DNA of 64,000 nucleotides from an uncultured Nitrososphaerales archaeon (lineage in GTDB: Archaea; Thermoproteota; Nitrososphaeria; Nitrososphaerales; Nitrososphaeraceae), in contig CAVQMO010000010.1 in assembly GCA_963713605.1 (NCBI GenBank), positions 32,001-96,000 of the forward strand. Direction: 5' to 3'. Below the pieces are notes generated by a model. The model ran no database searches, was not told the origin of the DNA, and was given only the letters and a program-made list of their open reading frames with translations. Positions 35,361 through 47,711 of this stretch are shown here, in pieces. The position numbers and the translations under genes were made by a program. Numbering within the stretch: position 1 is the stretch's first letter; every line of letters starts with the position of its first letter.

Positions 35361-35729
35361 AATGTTGATTAAGATTTTGTATAAATGAGTCAACCACAAC
35401 CACAACAGTAACAGCAATTATTAGCACTCCCTATCATTAAAAATTACTAGTTCTGGAAGGCTTTTAGTCCACCATCACTAAATTACTTGCGTTGATAGCC
35501 GCTGTCTCTGGCTTGGCAGGTGTCATTGGAGGAGCATATATTTCACATAAATATCCCTTTAGTGGAATTCAGAACAAGGAACAAAGAGAGATAATGAAGG
35601 AAAAAGTAGGTCTGTACGCTTGCTTTTTTTTCAAACTGGCAAGGATGGTAAAAATAAGATGGTATCCTACTACAAATCACCCCGGATCATTTAGCAGGAG
35701 CTATAGGGTCAGGAGATGGTTGATCGATA

Positions 35730-35978
35730 TTGAAGGCAAAAAATAGAAATCGAACCGAAATTATCGCTTCAATTCTAGAAGCTGCTAAAGGTGATGGTGC
35801 AAGTAAGACAAGAATTATGTTTACTGCTTACCTATCATATGAACAGCTGAAGAAATACCTCAATGAATTACAGGACAAAGAATTTTTGGCATATGATTTT
35901 CATACACGGACTTATAATATAACATCGAAAGGGAGTGAGTTCTTGAAACTGTACGCTGAACTGGAAAAGATACAGTGA
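35730..35978 (+). CDS. winged-helix DNA-binding protein
   Basis: RNRTEIIASILEA...SKTRIMFTAYLSYEQLKKYL...YNITSKGSEFL. Confidence 0.85.
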   Translation: MKAKNRNRTEIIASILEAAKGDGASKTRIMFTAYLSYEQLKKYLNELQDKEFLAYDFHTRTYNITSKGSEFLKLYAELEKIQ

Positions 35979-36248
35979 TTCCTAGCATTGCTTTCCTGGC
36001 AATTTGATCTGTGATTAAGTTGATCGATATCTATAACTAATATTTATACCCCCATCAGCAGGTTGTAGTTGAAATCTTAGTGAAACTATCTTGTCGACTT
36101 ATATCATTCCTTTATCACTTCAATTGTCGTAAGTATTCCGTGTATAGACTTTGCTATCAATCTGTAATCTTCTGGTCCTCCCAAATCCTTGTTCTTTTCA
36201 CACTTTAGCAAGGATGCATACTTATAGTATGTTAGCTTATAAATTGCG

Positions 36249-36398
36249 ATGAGCGAAGATATAGAATCAGCACAAAAGAACCAGAAAAAGATTGGGGCGG
36301 CTGAAGATGATCCAGAAACCTCTGGCCCAGCAGAAAACCTTCGTGAAGAAGCCGCAGAAATGACTGATAAAGATCAGGATGAAAAAGAACCAGCTTAG
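36249..36398 (+). CDS. 49-aa acidic hydrophilic protein
   Basis: MSEDIESAQKNQKKIGAAEDDPETSGPAENLREEAAEM...; TTATAAA just upstream. Confidence 0.5.
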   Translation: MSEDIESAQKNQKKIGAAEDDPETSGPAENLREEAAEMTDKDQDEKEPA

Positions 36399-36446
36399 CT
36401 GAAAGAGGTAGTATACTACTATTTTTTGTCGCCGAGGAGACTCCAT

Positions 36447-36704
36447 ATGAGCGATGATATGAGAACCAAATTAACTGACTTTGCAGCCGAATTTATGACA
36501 GAAGCTGAAGCTGAACAGAGACTGAAAGAGGTATTCGAAAAGCATATAGATATTGCTCGGGTATCCAAAGAAGCAGGAAATTATGAACAACTGGTAGAAT
36601 CCTATATCCGCGCTAGTGCCGCTGCCAACGTTATTGGAGTTAATAAAAAAGAAAGACTAGCCTTTCTTACACCTAACCAATCAACGGAAATTATCATGCA
36701 ATAG
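36447..36704 (+). CDS. hypothetical helical protein
   Basis: Clean ORF from MSDDMRTK. Confidence 0.5.
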   Translation: MSDDMRTKLTDFAAEFMTEAEAEQRLKEVFEKHIDIARVSKEAGNYEQLVESYIRASAAANVIGVNKKERLAFLTPNQSTEIIMQ

Positions 36705-36883
36705 GCAAGTAAATCTGTATTTATAATGTATGGGTGCAAAACCCTAGGCATTGTCGTATACACACCTGGGTCGGCTGAATATGAGATTCTACAAATACTA
36801 TTTTATAATTTGTCTGACAATAATACAGATTATGTTTATATTCCCTGCCTTTCAAATCTTGAATTTGACTATCTTTTAGTCTT

Positions 36884-37884
36884 CTATTTCTGCATTTCAG
36901 GGAATAGTTTTTGTAAATCTAGGACTCTCTTTCTTAACGTAACTACGCTTATTCCTCCCGCTTGTGCTATTCTTGCTTGACTAACGTTACCTTGTTTTTC
37001 AACCTGACAAGCACCATACAAAGCAGCAGTTGCAAGGGCCTTCGGATCCTTGCCAAATGAGATAGGATTTTTCTTTACTACATCTAACATATCAAGTGCA
37101 GTTCTGTAGGTCTTTTGGCTAACAGCGAGCATTCTCTGCAACCTTCGACATATAGCGTGCTGCATCTACAGAAGGAGAGCTAATACTTAGCTTTCGTGAC
37201 ATTATCCTAAAACATCTTCCAGCAAATATGTTGTCAGCGTCTGCTCGCCTTAGATACATCTTCTAATCGCCTAGGTATGTCCATTTCTTTACATGCAGCA
37301 TATATTGAAGAAACAACCATCTCTTTGATTGATCTGCCCTTAATGAGTTTGCTATCGAGAGTTTTGCGATAGTAATATGCTGCTCTTTCAATCACAGGGT
37401 CGGTAAGTGTAAGCTTATCTTTGGTTGCAGCCATTATTGCAAAGGCATTCCTCAAGTTCCTACTATGATTCTTATTGCTAGATAGTTTATCGTAATATCT
37501 TATTTTGTTAACGCTACTTAATTGATCCTGGTTTAAGGATGTTCCATACGCATCTGTATTCGAACTAGTAATTACAGTTGATAACCCTTTATCAGGATAT
37601 ACAAGTGAAGTTGGTTGACCCATCTCACTTTTTGAATTTGGATCTCTTTCGATGATGGTCTGCCTATCGGATATAACAGTAGCACATTGAGAACAGATCG
37701 TTTCTCCGGTTATTCCATCAAAAATCATTGAGCGTGACCTACATGATTTGCATATGATACTGGATGGAGCTAAAGACGAGGATTCTCCATCAATAACTCT
37801 ATCGACTAGTTTGTATTGCTGATTAGGCCCTTCTTGAAAAGAATGCCCAGAAGATACTAATGAATTTTCTACCACAGATTTCAC
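36884..37884 (-). CDS. tfb: transcription initiation factor IIB paralog (frameshifted)
   Basis: Zn ribbon CKSC...GETICSQC, RNLRNAF, LIKGRSI, GKDPKALATAALY, ISVVTLRKR. Confidence 0.92.
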
Positions 37885-38800
37885 GAATAGGATATATTAG
37901 CACTTTCATAAAAGAAGTGGGTTTATATTGTAATTACTTAAATCATTTCTGATAATCCAAAATATTTTGTAACTGATCAATTACAAAGTTACTCTTTATT
38001 ACATGAATGGTCACGAGTGTGTTGTAGAATAAAAGCGTTTGAAACTGATAATCTCTTTTAGGTAAAAGACATCGTAGTCTTCATTGTCCCAACTGCTATG
38101 ATTAAATGTAGTTTATGCGGAATGAGTTTGGACCGAAGATTGCATCTGCAGTAGGTGGACAACTAATTCGAAGACGATAGAATTTGTGAAAATAAGTAAT
38201 TCGAGAACGGAACTTCGATGCAGCAGATGTCACGGTTTAATGGGATGGTGGGACGAACCGCCTCGGACCAGAGCACATGTAAAGAAGATTATGCCGTTCA
38301 AGCGAGCATGGTCCGAAGAGGAATGCTTTGCCATGCGTTAGTTATAATAAATACCGATAAAATGGAGTTAGAAGCAGATTTGCGTTGCAGACTTCTTATA
38401 TTTATTAATATATGTTGTACAATTCCAGTGAGAGATAGATAATAATAATTATAGTTTTAACCGATTAGTTAAACTAATTCGATTAAATTATAAAGATTTG
38501 CATAAAAATACTCTTTCAGCAGGTTAATCTGTTGAAATATCTAATTGGTATATGTTTATATCGCTAATTGCCATTCCGAGTATTAAGTAATACTTGGACA
38601 ATAAAACCGAGTGTATTCAGGACGTGACGTTAGATAAGAGTAAGTACCGAAACACCGAATATGACGATAAGATAGTAGAGAATCTGATGAAATATTTTGA
38701 AGCCGAAAGTTATGAAGAGTTAGAAAAATTCTTGAAAAATAGTCATATCCCATCATTCAGTTAGACGAAGCCATTTATATGATGAAATCCAATTTTTATT

Positions 38801-38953
38801 ATGGTCGAAGATAATGATAATTCAAAATATTCAAAAGACAGTTTTAATTTGTTAAATGGGATTAAACGTTATTTGCGAATAGAACATCAGGAAGATGATA
38901 AAAATCTGCTGGATTATCTTCGAAAGCAGGCAGGTTTGCATCACGACAAATGA
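38801..38953 (+). CDS. 50-aa hypothetical protein, paralog of 41963-42112
   Basis: NLLNGIKRYLRIEHQEDDKNLLDYLRKQA; upstream sequence shared with the paralog. Confidence 0.6.
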   Translation: MVEDNDNSKYSKDSFNLLNGIKRYLRIEHQEDDKNLLDYLRKQAGLHHDK

Positions 38954-39850
38954 CCATTTATCTATCTGCATCATATTTTTAGCATCCAGTGAGCTTCTTT
39001 AACATTCGACTTGAGTTATAGAAAATAATTAATTATACCCCCCAGGGAGACTAAGTTAATATTTCAAATCCTTTCAGAGAATTTTCTGATATATTAAGAT
39101 AAACTATATCATTATTATAATGATCCATTTCCGTTTTTGGGATTGAGTATATATGTTCTTTTTTGATTTCGTTATCAACCACACGTAGTTTATCTTTAGA
39201 CTCTACGAATAGTTTCCCAATTTCTTTGTCTTTACTTTGACTTAGAACGGCAGAAGCTCTATGAAATACATAATAGCTTCCCAGCGAGCGTTATTTCGCA
39301 TTACATAATATGTTCATTAAAGTATATAGAAGTTAATAATATATACATTTTTAATTAGTGTCATAGATTGGAGACTAATTGATAGATTACACCAATAGAG
39401 TTTACTGACTTAGTTAAACACAACCAAATGAGCTTGGCTAATGGATTGCGATAACCATGCGATATTGCATTATTAAAACACTATTTAGCTCAATGACAGT
39501 AGAATATCTTCAATGCTTGAACTATATGATAGCATCTAGTAATATCTTATGTAGTCTATAACATATTGACAAAAGCGGTGGGGCGTAATAATAAAAAACA
39601 TAGATGTTACCATGGGATAATGAAATTTAGCTCATGGTTAATGGTTCTACAATAGAGCTTCGCTGTCGTAGATGTAATGATATGGTGGGCTGGTGGCACA
39701 TTTCAGCAAATAAGTTTATGCCCATAAGACGAACATGGACTGAAGAAGAGCGTTTGGCTATGCGCTAGTTATAATAGAAAAAATATCAGATATAAGTCAG
39801 AGCCCGGTTTTGTATAATGTAGATAAAAATAATATTACTCTCGTTATCAA

Positions 39851-40120
39851 ATGAATATCAAATACATCGCAATAGTCGCAGTAGTAGCAGCAACAATAAT
39901 GGGTACGACAGCAATAACAGCTAACAGCACGTTTGCAACCGAATATGACAAGAACCAAGCAATCAGCCAAACTAATGCATGTGGTAATGGTGAACTACCA
40001 TTGAATGTCGGATGTCAAAATATTGACTCACAAATTCAGGGTGACGAAAACGAAGTTGCTCTAGCGGGATCACAGTCATTTCCCAGTCTCCCAGCACCAG
40101 CACCAGAACCAGTAAAATAA
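39851..40120 (+). CDS. small secreted protein (NQAISQxNxCGNxxLPLNVxCQN family)
   Basis: Signal peptide and Cys pair; tandem paralog follows. Confidence 0.75.
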   Translation: MNIKYIAIVAVVAATIMGTTAITANSTFATEYDKNQAISQTNACGNGELPLNVGCQNIDSQIQGDENEVALAGSQSFPSLPAPAPEPVK

Positions 40121-40230
40121 TTTAGCGATTCCATTCCATTTTTTTTGACAGCCGCTAGAAGAAATATCAGATATAAGTCATAGCCCGGTTTTACTTAATA
40201 CAGATAAGTACATCTGCTGTTAAACTTTCA

Positions 40231-40485
40231 ATGAATACTAAATATGTGTTCATTGTTGCAGCAGCAATGGTAGTAATGCTAGTTGGTGCAACAGCTCTTG
40301 CAGCAGAAGATGCGTACGCCGGAAAGAAGAAAGAAAGCAATCAAGCAACGTCACAAGCCACTGCTTGTGGAAATGATGAATTGCCATTGAATGTCTTCTG
40401 CCAGAATACCGAATCACAAGTTGAGGGCGAAGATAACTCAGTAGCAATAACCGGCAGCCAAAGCACAGCTTCTGGAGGAGATTAG
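40231..40485 (+). CDS. small secreted protein, tandem paralog of 39851-40120
   Basis: CGNDELPLNVFCQN; shared upstream AAATATCAGATATAAGTCAnAGCCCGGTTTT. Confidence 0.75.
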   Translation: MNTKYVFIVAAAMVVMLVGATALAAEDAYAGKKKESNQATSQATACGNDELPLNVFCQNTESQVEGEDNSVAITGSQSTASGGD

Positions 40486-40578
40486 AACCAATCAACTTAA
40501 CTTTCTTTTTTTAGTTTTTACGTTAACCGTATTGATAGATGGATAATTCTCTAATAGCTTGTTGGCCATAGTATTTAC

Positions 40579-40899
40579 ATGAGTAGAGAGCAACTGCTCT
40601 TTAAACAAGATTTAACGGTTTCAGAGATTTTACGTACTTACGGAAAACAGTTCAAACAGATAACAGAACGATACTCGGATGGTCATAATGGCAGATGTGC
40701 TCTGGGTGTTATCATGTCGTATTATGGATGGAATGGTAAAGATGATTCCCAAGCCGCTAGCAAATTATTGGGCACATTAATTGCATTAAGATGCGCCGGC
40801 ATTGATAAAAACAGTCTAATAGACATGAACGACTCGGGTATGTCATTTGATGAAATCGCCGATTACCTGGATAAATTCAGCAGCAGTAAATATTGGTGA
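40579..40899 (+). CDS. hypothetical protein
   Basis: Clean ORF; GRCALGVI...MNDSGMSFDEIADYL. Confidence 0.65.
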   Translation: MSREQLLFKQDLTVSEILRTYGKQFKQITERYSDGHNGRCALGVIMSYYGWNGKDDSQAASKLLGTLIALRCAGIDKNSLIDMNDSGMSFDEIADYLDKFSSSKYW

Positions 40900-41389
40900 T
40901 GAATAACAGTAATATTACTGCATTCCATTTTTTTATATTTAGAACTTTCTGAAACATTTTTGTCGCTAACGCTCATGCTTTGAATCTATTTCATCATTTC
41001 CAGAAATGGAGTTGGTCAGCGTAAAATATGGGTACGGAAACACCAACCAACCCCCCAGTGTAGATAGTCGGGTCAATCCCGACCAACTATCCTACATCAC
41101 TGTTTTAAACATGGTACCATAACCCGTTCTCTCTTTGTATCTATTATGGTGTAATATTGCGTATGTAGATAATAGGGTGGAGAACAACCAGGAGATGAAG
41201 CCTGGCTGCCTACACCATTGTGTATGTCTAGACGATGTTTACTGAGGGCAGTCGTCTGCAGGTGCTAGGACATCTGCCTGACTATATTTACACAACATAT
41301 TATAAAAAATGATTTAAGTCATTGAACGAGAAAACCAGAAAATAAAATAAAATGGGATTGTATCTCTTCAGGTGTATACTAATCTCTAA

Positions 41390-41665
41390 CTAGTTCGATC
41401 CGTCTTCTCCATCGTCTTGTCCGTCACTGCCGCCATTGCCGTCGCCGTCTCCATCACCATCATCACCGTCGCCGCCATCGCCGCCACCTGTGCTCGTTGC
41501 TCCTGTCATGTTTCCTCCTGTCATGTTTCCTCCTGTCATGTTTCCTCCTGTCATGTTTCCTCCTGTCATGTTTGACTGTGCATAAATTGTGGATGCAAGT
41601 CCAGTCATTAATACCGACGCAACAATTGCTACGCCAATGGCTACAAATATTTGACTTTTCATCAA
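41390..41665 (-). CDS. secreted low-complexity protein with (NMTGG)n repeats and Gly/Asp tail
   Basis: Signal peptide; 15-bp tandem repeat at ~41500-41572. Confidence 0.7.
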   Translation of the reverse strand: MMKSQIFVAIGVAIVASVLMTGLASTIYAQSNMTGGNMTGGNMTGGNMTGGNMTGATSTGGGDGGDGDDGDGDGDGNGGSDGQDDGEDGSN

Positions 41666-41962
41666 ATTGGCAATTCACTTCATGATATATAACAATTTTA
41701 CGACGTATCGGCTAGAAGAAAGTCTCTATTGCTTAAATTTTATTGTGTCTTTACTTTAGATTAGATACATAAGCAAGACCGAACATTAGAACAAACCCAC
41801 AAGATGTTGAACTTGACTGGGATGATTTGTATTCATGGTTGGCACATGAAATCATCGAATCTAAAACTTTACAGATAGAGGATTAGTCATATACTAATAT
41901 ATTATTAGATTTAAACTGCGAATAATACGAAGCCATTTATATCATGATATCCAATTTTTATT

Positions 41963-42112
41963 ATGACAAAAGATAATGATTCAAATAAATATTCAAAAGA
42001 AAACTATAATTTGTTAAATGGGATTAAACGTTATTTGCGAATAGAACACCAAGAAGATGATAAAGATTTGCTGGACTATTTGCGGAAGCAGGCAGTCCTA
42101 CATCGGGACTGA
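41963..42112 (+). CDS. 49-aa hypothetical protein, paralog of 38801-38953
   Basis: NLLNGIKRYLRIEHQEDDKDLLDYLRKQA. Confidence 0.6.
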   Translation: MTKDNDSNKYSKENYNLLNGIKRYLRIEHQEDDKDLLDYLRKQAVLHRD

Positions 42113-42259
42113 CCCGAAACAGTACTTTTCAGTCTCTATATTACAATATTTTTATTCAATTTTGCATACTCCAATCCTAATGTCAGCATGATCAGATTTG
42201 AGTAGGACTTCTAACAGATTCCTCCCAGTTTTAATCTAACTTCACTAAGACTACAAAGT

Positions 42260-42589
42260 CTAAATTGGTACTCGATGCTCATTAGCAGAATGCTGTCTAA
42301 CAACAACTTTGTTAGTCTTATAGAATTCCATCTCCATACCTCTTGTTAGGTTATATCCTATCCTAAATGATTCATCAGTTGCGATAGGCATTAGTTCAGT
42401 ATTATGGGAATTACAAATAGGACAATCGAGAACGTGCGATGATGATCCAGATAGAGACTCTAAATCATCAATTCCGAAATAGGAGGCGCACCAATAACAT
42501 GAATTACAAATCACAAAATAGATTTTATCGATAGGCTGCAATATTTCATTATTTTCTATGGTATTAGGTGGGAACTTGGCTTGTTTCAC
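42260..42589 (-). CDS. zinc-ribbon hypothetical protein
   Basis: FVICNSCYWCAS...CPICNS. Confidence 0.65.
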   Translation of the reverse strand: MKQAKFPPNTIENNEILQPIDKIYFVICNSCYWCASYFGIDDLESLSGSSSHVLDCPICNSHNTELMPIATDESFRIGYNLTRGMEMEFYKTNKVVVRQHSANEHRVPI

Positions 42590-42944
42590 CGCAAATCATA
42601 CGCTAAATTAGTTCTAACGCTATCCATTAGAAAATCAGTAACTGAACAATCAAAATTTCTACATAGTATGGGGTCGGCTCAAATGGAACAAGAACTACAA
42701 TCAACCGTTATGAAGATCGCAAAGAAGCATTCGGATGTGTTAACGGAAAAGACGGGAGTTGAATCTTCAATGACAGAAACTGACATCAAAGAAGTACATG
42801 GCGATGGTAATAAATGAAATCTATAAATCATAACTATCCATCCTAATCTTCTTCCAATCGGTTGTTATTAATTATCTAAACTTATAACTTCTATAAACAA
42901 ATCTGCTTATATTGTATATTACACATTTAACCCAAATAGACATA

Positions 42945-43546
42945 ATGAACATGAACAAACCAATCTTCACGGTTTTTCTTGTTACAATGTACGTTTGTTT
43001 TTCATTATCTTCAACAGTGCATGTACACGCCCAACAACGCGGTACCATCTCTGCCATTCAAGCCACTGCTCTACCTCTTGTTAATTCAGAGGGAAATCAA
43101 GTGAAACTCATTATAAATTACAGCATTGGGGATGAATCAATAGTAGGGCAGAAAATAAACGCCGTTATGGGTATTTACAATCGTATAAATGGTACATTAA
43201 TAAAACTATCATCTTTTCCTGATGGTATTATCTTAAATAATACAGCGGGCACAATCCAGCTTGCAAGTACACTAACTGACCCCAAAATACAGAATATATC
43301 GACTATTGTAACACTTACCAATGCGGATAAGTCTGAAAAGTATCTAATGATGTTAGATCGGATCTTGATCTCAGTGCCATACTACCTACCTCCCTGCCAG
43401 TATCAACATTTAATGAGACTTTAGCATCACCAACATCTGCGCCACCACCGTTGCCACCACAACAATCACCACAGCTACCATCAGCTTCAACAGAGAATGA
43501 TGGAGAAGACTTTGATGATTCTAGTTCTAATTCAGACGATGAATAG
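42945..43546 (+). CDS. secreted protein with Pro-rich/acidic tail (frameshifted)
   Basis: Signal peptide; beta-rich domain; SAPPPLPPQQ...DDSSSNSDDE tail in the shifted frame. Confidence 0.55.
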
Positions 43547-43654
43547 ATTGGCGAGTTGCCGTCTGTGCTATATGATTTGAAGACGCTTACCGATTGTTAT
43601 AGTTTTTTATAAATTTGTGATGTTGAAGTTACCTCGAACTTCAACAGTCTCTTT

Positions 43655-43828
43655 TCATATATCTCTCGTTATGAAGATGAATATACAGAGCAATTAGAAA
43701 AGCTGATCAATGCAAAAGCAAAAGGAAAGGCACATTTAATAAAGCAGACTACAAAAGTCCCCGAAACAAACACACAAGATTTGATAACTGCTTTGAAGGC
43801 GAGTTTAGCTATTAACCTATTCAACTGA
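43655..43828 (+). pseudogene. ku: C-terminal remnant of prokaryotic Ku (NHEJ) protein
   Basis: Manual translation SRYEDEYTEQLEKLINAKAKG...QDLITALKASL matches the Ku YxDxY...LIxAKxxG...DLMxALxASL tail. Confidence 0.6.
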
Positions 43829-43853
43829 AAAACATCAAATATAAAATCGAAAC

Positions 43854-44339
43854 TCATATGAATGAGCAGGATCGATCGCAAATCATGATAGTATCAAATA
43901 TTTGATGTCCATTGTCCAAAAATGAAGAGAAATCGAATTCTCCTCGTAATAGTAAACTCATATCATTTAAATCGTTTACCATGAATTGTGCAAATTCGGA
44001 TAGCTCTTGTTCTGTAAGATGTTCGATAGCCTGAGTTATCAATACCTTGGGTCCATAATACATCTAAGACTCATGGGTAACTGAATGCCAGTCCAGATGG
44101 TCCTTGATTATTTGGTTAATCCTTGTGTTTAAACTCACCTGTTCGGTTTCAGATTCATATTGCAATTGGTCAATATTCTCCGCAGGGATTTTGATTGTCA
44201 CTGGTTCGCCAAGATTTTCTGATAAATCATCTTCCAGGATATACTTTTTGCTGTTTCTGGAACGGTTCTTACTTTGGAAATTTGAAGTATAATTAAAAAC
44301 GTGATATTTATTCATCTCATTGAGCGAATAGCTGGACAT
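43854..44339 (-). pseudogene. RHH-containing hypothetical protein, disrupted
   Basis: PVTIKIPAENIDQLQYESETEQVSLNTRINQIIKDHLDW plus downstream ORF 43854-44063. Confidence 0.5.
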
Positions 44340-45660
44340 TTCATCTATTCATGCGCGTTATGGCTAATAAGACTTACAACTAGTTGATAAATGGGAGATC
44401 TCTGCCATATCAGATTCCGATATTAAGTTTAGAACCTCATATCACCTACCTGTTGTGCACCTGAGATCAAATATTTTTCTTTCGTCGCCGTATTTATAAG
44501 AAAAATCAGAAGATGGATTAAATGTGTCAATCATGATCCCATTTGGAAACCTGCGTCTATCAATGGAGCAGCGGAAACACATTTTAAATAATTTGTTTCC
44601 TTTAACACAGTATGAGTCAGTCTTTATCAGTTAAAGTCATGCCTATACTTCTGATAGCACTAAATAGTATGGATCCGAGATTCCGTGATGAGCTATCTAA
44701 TAACGATTGCCAATAAAATATATTGCAACTGGTATTAGTATTTTCTCGTTTTGCATTTACAGTACTAGAAGAAATCTTTGTTGTTTGCAATAAGTCATAT
44801 ACTAAATTAAGCCTAATCATTTCAAAGATTTTGATTTTAATCTTAGTTTTTATTAGTTATCATGTGTATCGATATTATCATGTGCATATTCCAGAGTGCT
44901 AGAAGAACCTGATATTTTTATGCATTCATTTAGATGCTCATGAAAAGCTTACTAATATTCTAATCTGGCAATTCCGGTACGTATCGACTAGAAGAAAGTC
45001 TCTATAGCTTGAGTTTTATGGAGAGAACAATTCAATTTAGATTCAAATTACATAATTAGGTATACACACTGGCAGAATACTGACTGTAATGGTTTTATTG
45101 AATATTGTACAGCATACGGCGTCAAGAGAAATTCTGACATGTTCATCAAAACATAGTCAATGTGTAGACTCTTCCCATCGACTTCTGTCTTTCGTCCGTA
45201 AGTCATCATCAAGATTATGACCATCTACTTGTCATCATCAACTATTTAGTGTGGGCGACCTAAAGCTAGAGCTAGTTATAATACTTTTATTCAATGTTGC
45301 TTATTATTAAATGGGAGTATCCAATCTCAACCCCATGAGCGATCAAGTTGGTGGCCCGCCCAAACAACCACCAACTATGATCAGATTAATTAGTAGCCGA
45401 TGACTAGATTGCGTTTTTCATCTTATTGAAAACAGATGTTGCACCATTCTTTACATCATTACATCATGTATACCTGTCTAGTTTTGTATTTTCTTTAATT
45501 TCATGTCCGATAAACTCGGCTCATTATCTCGTGCCCAACATATTGAGCACCTTTTTTAACCCGGTCATTCTTTCTTAGCTAGTTCTATTCGATATTACAT
45601 AAGAAATAATGCAAAAAATAGTATTGACATGTATATCAAGATCGATGAAATGTGATCGAA

Positions 45661-45951
45661 CTATTGACTTACAAGTACAAGATGGTTGTTAAATTCAAAA
45701 GCCAAACTTGCCTGATTTAATTTTATCCTTATCTTGTCTGCGAAGTTGATAATCTTTTCTTTATCAATTTCATCTGTATGTACTTCCACTCTTGTATATT
45801 TCACTGGCTCAAGTTTTCCTTTGAAGTATCCATCAAATTCAATAAGTGACATATTTCCGTATTCATCTGCAATTGTTCGAACTATTTCTGAATATCCCTC
45901 TAGTCGCGGAAGATAAAACTTTACTGAGTTTTGGAGAATTTTTATCTGCAT
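45661..45951 (-). CDS. small ferredoxin-fold/PII-like hypothetical protein
   Basis: VKFYLP...YGNMSLIEFDGYF...IRIKLNQASLAFEFN pattern. Confidence 0.5.
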   Translation of the reverse strand: MQIKILQNSVKFYLPRLEGYSEIVRTIADEYGNMSLIEFDGYFKGKLEPVKYTRVEVHTDEIDKEKIINFADKIRIKLNQASLAFEFNNHLVLVSQ

Positions 45952-46068
45952 TCGTTGGTATTATATATGTCACGACTTATATTCTTGAATTAGCTGTTGA
46001 CAACATCTACTGTCAGGATTGCAGAAAGAGGCATTCAGATTTATCTATCAAGGAGTAGATTCTGTTAA

Positions 46069-47670
46069 GTGAGGTCGAATTCCTTACAATTCTCATCAGA
46101 ATATGACGCCATAATTATTGGTGCGGGTCATAATGGCTTAACTTGCGGATGCTATCTCGCAAAGGCAGGCCTTAGAGTATTGGTACTAGAAGAATATCAT
46201 GATATTGGTGGAATGACGATAACCGAGGAAATTACACTTCCTGGGTTCAAGTCTGATATACACGCATTTGGTTATCAGCTCGCAAACACTTCTCCCGTAC
46301 CAAAGGAATTGGGTCTTGACAGATTTGGATTTGAGCTAATTTATCCAGAAATATCTTTCTCCCATATCTTTCCAGATGGCCAATATATCTCAATGTATAG
46401 ATCACTTCAGAAGACGATCAAAAGCATTCAGAAATTTTCAGTTAAAGATGCCCAAACTTGGCGTACATTATTTAACAAATATTTAGTAGATCGAGAAAAA
46501 ATTTTTTCTTCTATAAATTCACCTCCTAGCTATTTAGATATTTCTTCGGCCATAGAATATCGTAAACAGCTTCAATCCATGCGTTCATGGTGTGATGAAA
46601 ATTTTGAAACAGATGAAGTAAAAGTTTTATTCGGAACCTCTGCATCATTTGTGGGCCTATCTCCCAACGATGCTGGAGGAGGAGAGCTATGTCATATATT
46701 TGCGGCTATTGCACAGGACAAAGGTAACAACGTTGTAAGAGGCGGTTTTGTTAACCTCCCTCTGGCCCTTGCTAGATTCATTGAATCTAAAGGTGGAGAT
46801 ATAATAACTAATGCAAGTGTTACTAAAATTATCATTGATAATAGCAGAGCTGTTGGCGTCGGTTTGGCCAACGGTAAGAATATCTCGGCAAGAAAATTAG
46901 TAGTTTCTAGTATTGATCCATCTACACTAATACTTAATCTTATTGGGGAAGACTATATTGACTCGAGCATTATAAAAGATATTAAAAGAATTGAATGGGG
47001 AGATTCAGTTTTTGGGATTTACTTGGCTCTTAATGGAAATCTAAAATATAGGTAGATCAGGAGGAGGTTGGTAGCTCATCTCAGATTCATCTTTCTCCAC
47101 CCTCACTTGAATATTTTTCAAAGGCTTTCTATGAATCTAGAAGTGGAATAATCCCAAATAACCCACCATTTATACTTAGTAATGAATCAATAATTAATCC
47201 CACCAGGATATCTTCCCAAAAACGAGAAAATAGGCAACTTGTTAAAATCCTCATACCAAGTGTACCATATGATATAAGAGATTCTGGTCCAATTCATAAT
47301 GACCATAATAGCAATCCTGTAAAAATAAAATGGCCAAACATTCAGGAACAGTCCAGCAATCATATCATTGATATTATTGCAGACAGTTATATTCTAAATT
47401 TAAAGGATATTATCTTGAAGGAAGTGTCATACTCTCCCGTAGACTATGAAAAAAGGCTAGCCACCTGTGTTAAAGGGACACTTTCATGTGGAGCTGTTTT
47501 GCCATATCAATCAGGATCAATGCGTCCTGTACCTCAGTTAAGCAATTACAAAATTCCTTCTCTTAGGAATGTATATTTGTGCGGATCAGGAAGTCATCCA
47601 GGTCCAGGCGTTTCAATGGCACCAGGGAGAAATGCGAGCACAAGTTATATTAAGTGATTTAGAAAAATGA
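46069..47670 (+). CDS. phytoene desaturase-family FAD-dependent oxidoreductase (frameshifted)
   Basis: IIIGAGHNGLTCGCYLAKAG; C-terminal VYLCGSGSHPGPGVSMAPGRNA. Confidence 0.88.
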
Positions 47671-47711
47671 TTTTAAAAACTTGACGATGTCATAATCAGT
47701 CAGACACTCGC

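Noticed and set aside
46069..47670. Carotenoid pathway (crtI)
   Set aside because: Only family-level similarity; no crtB, crtE or crtY nearby
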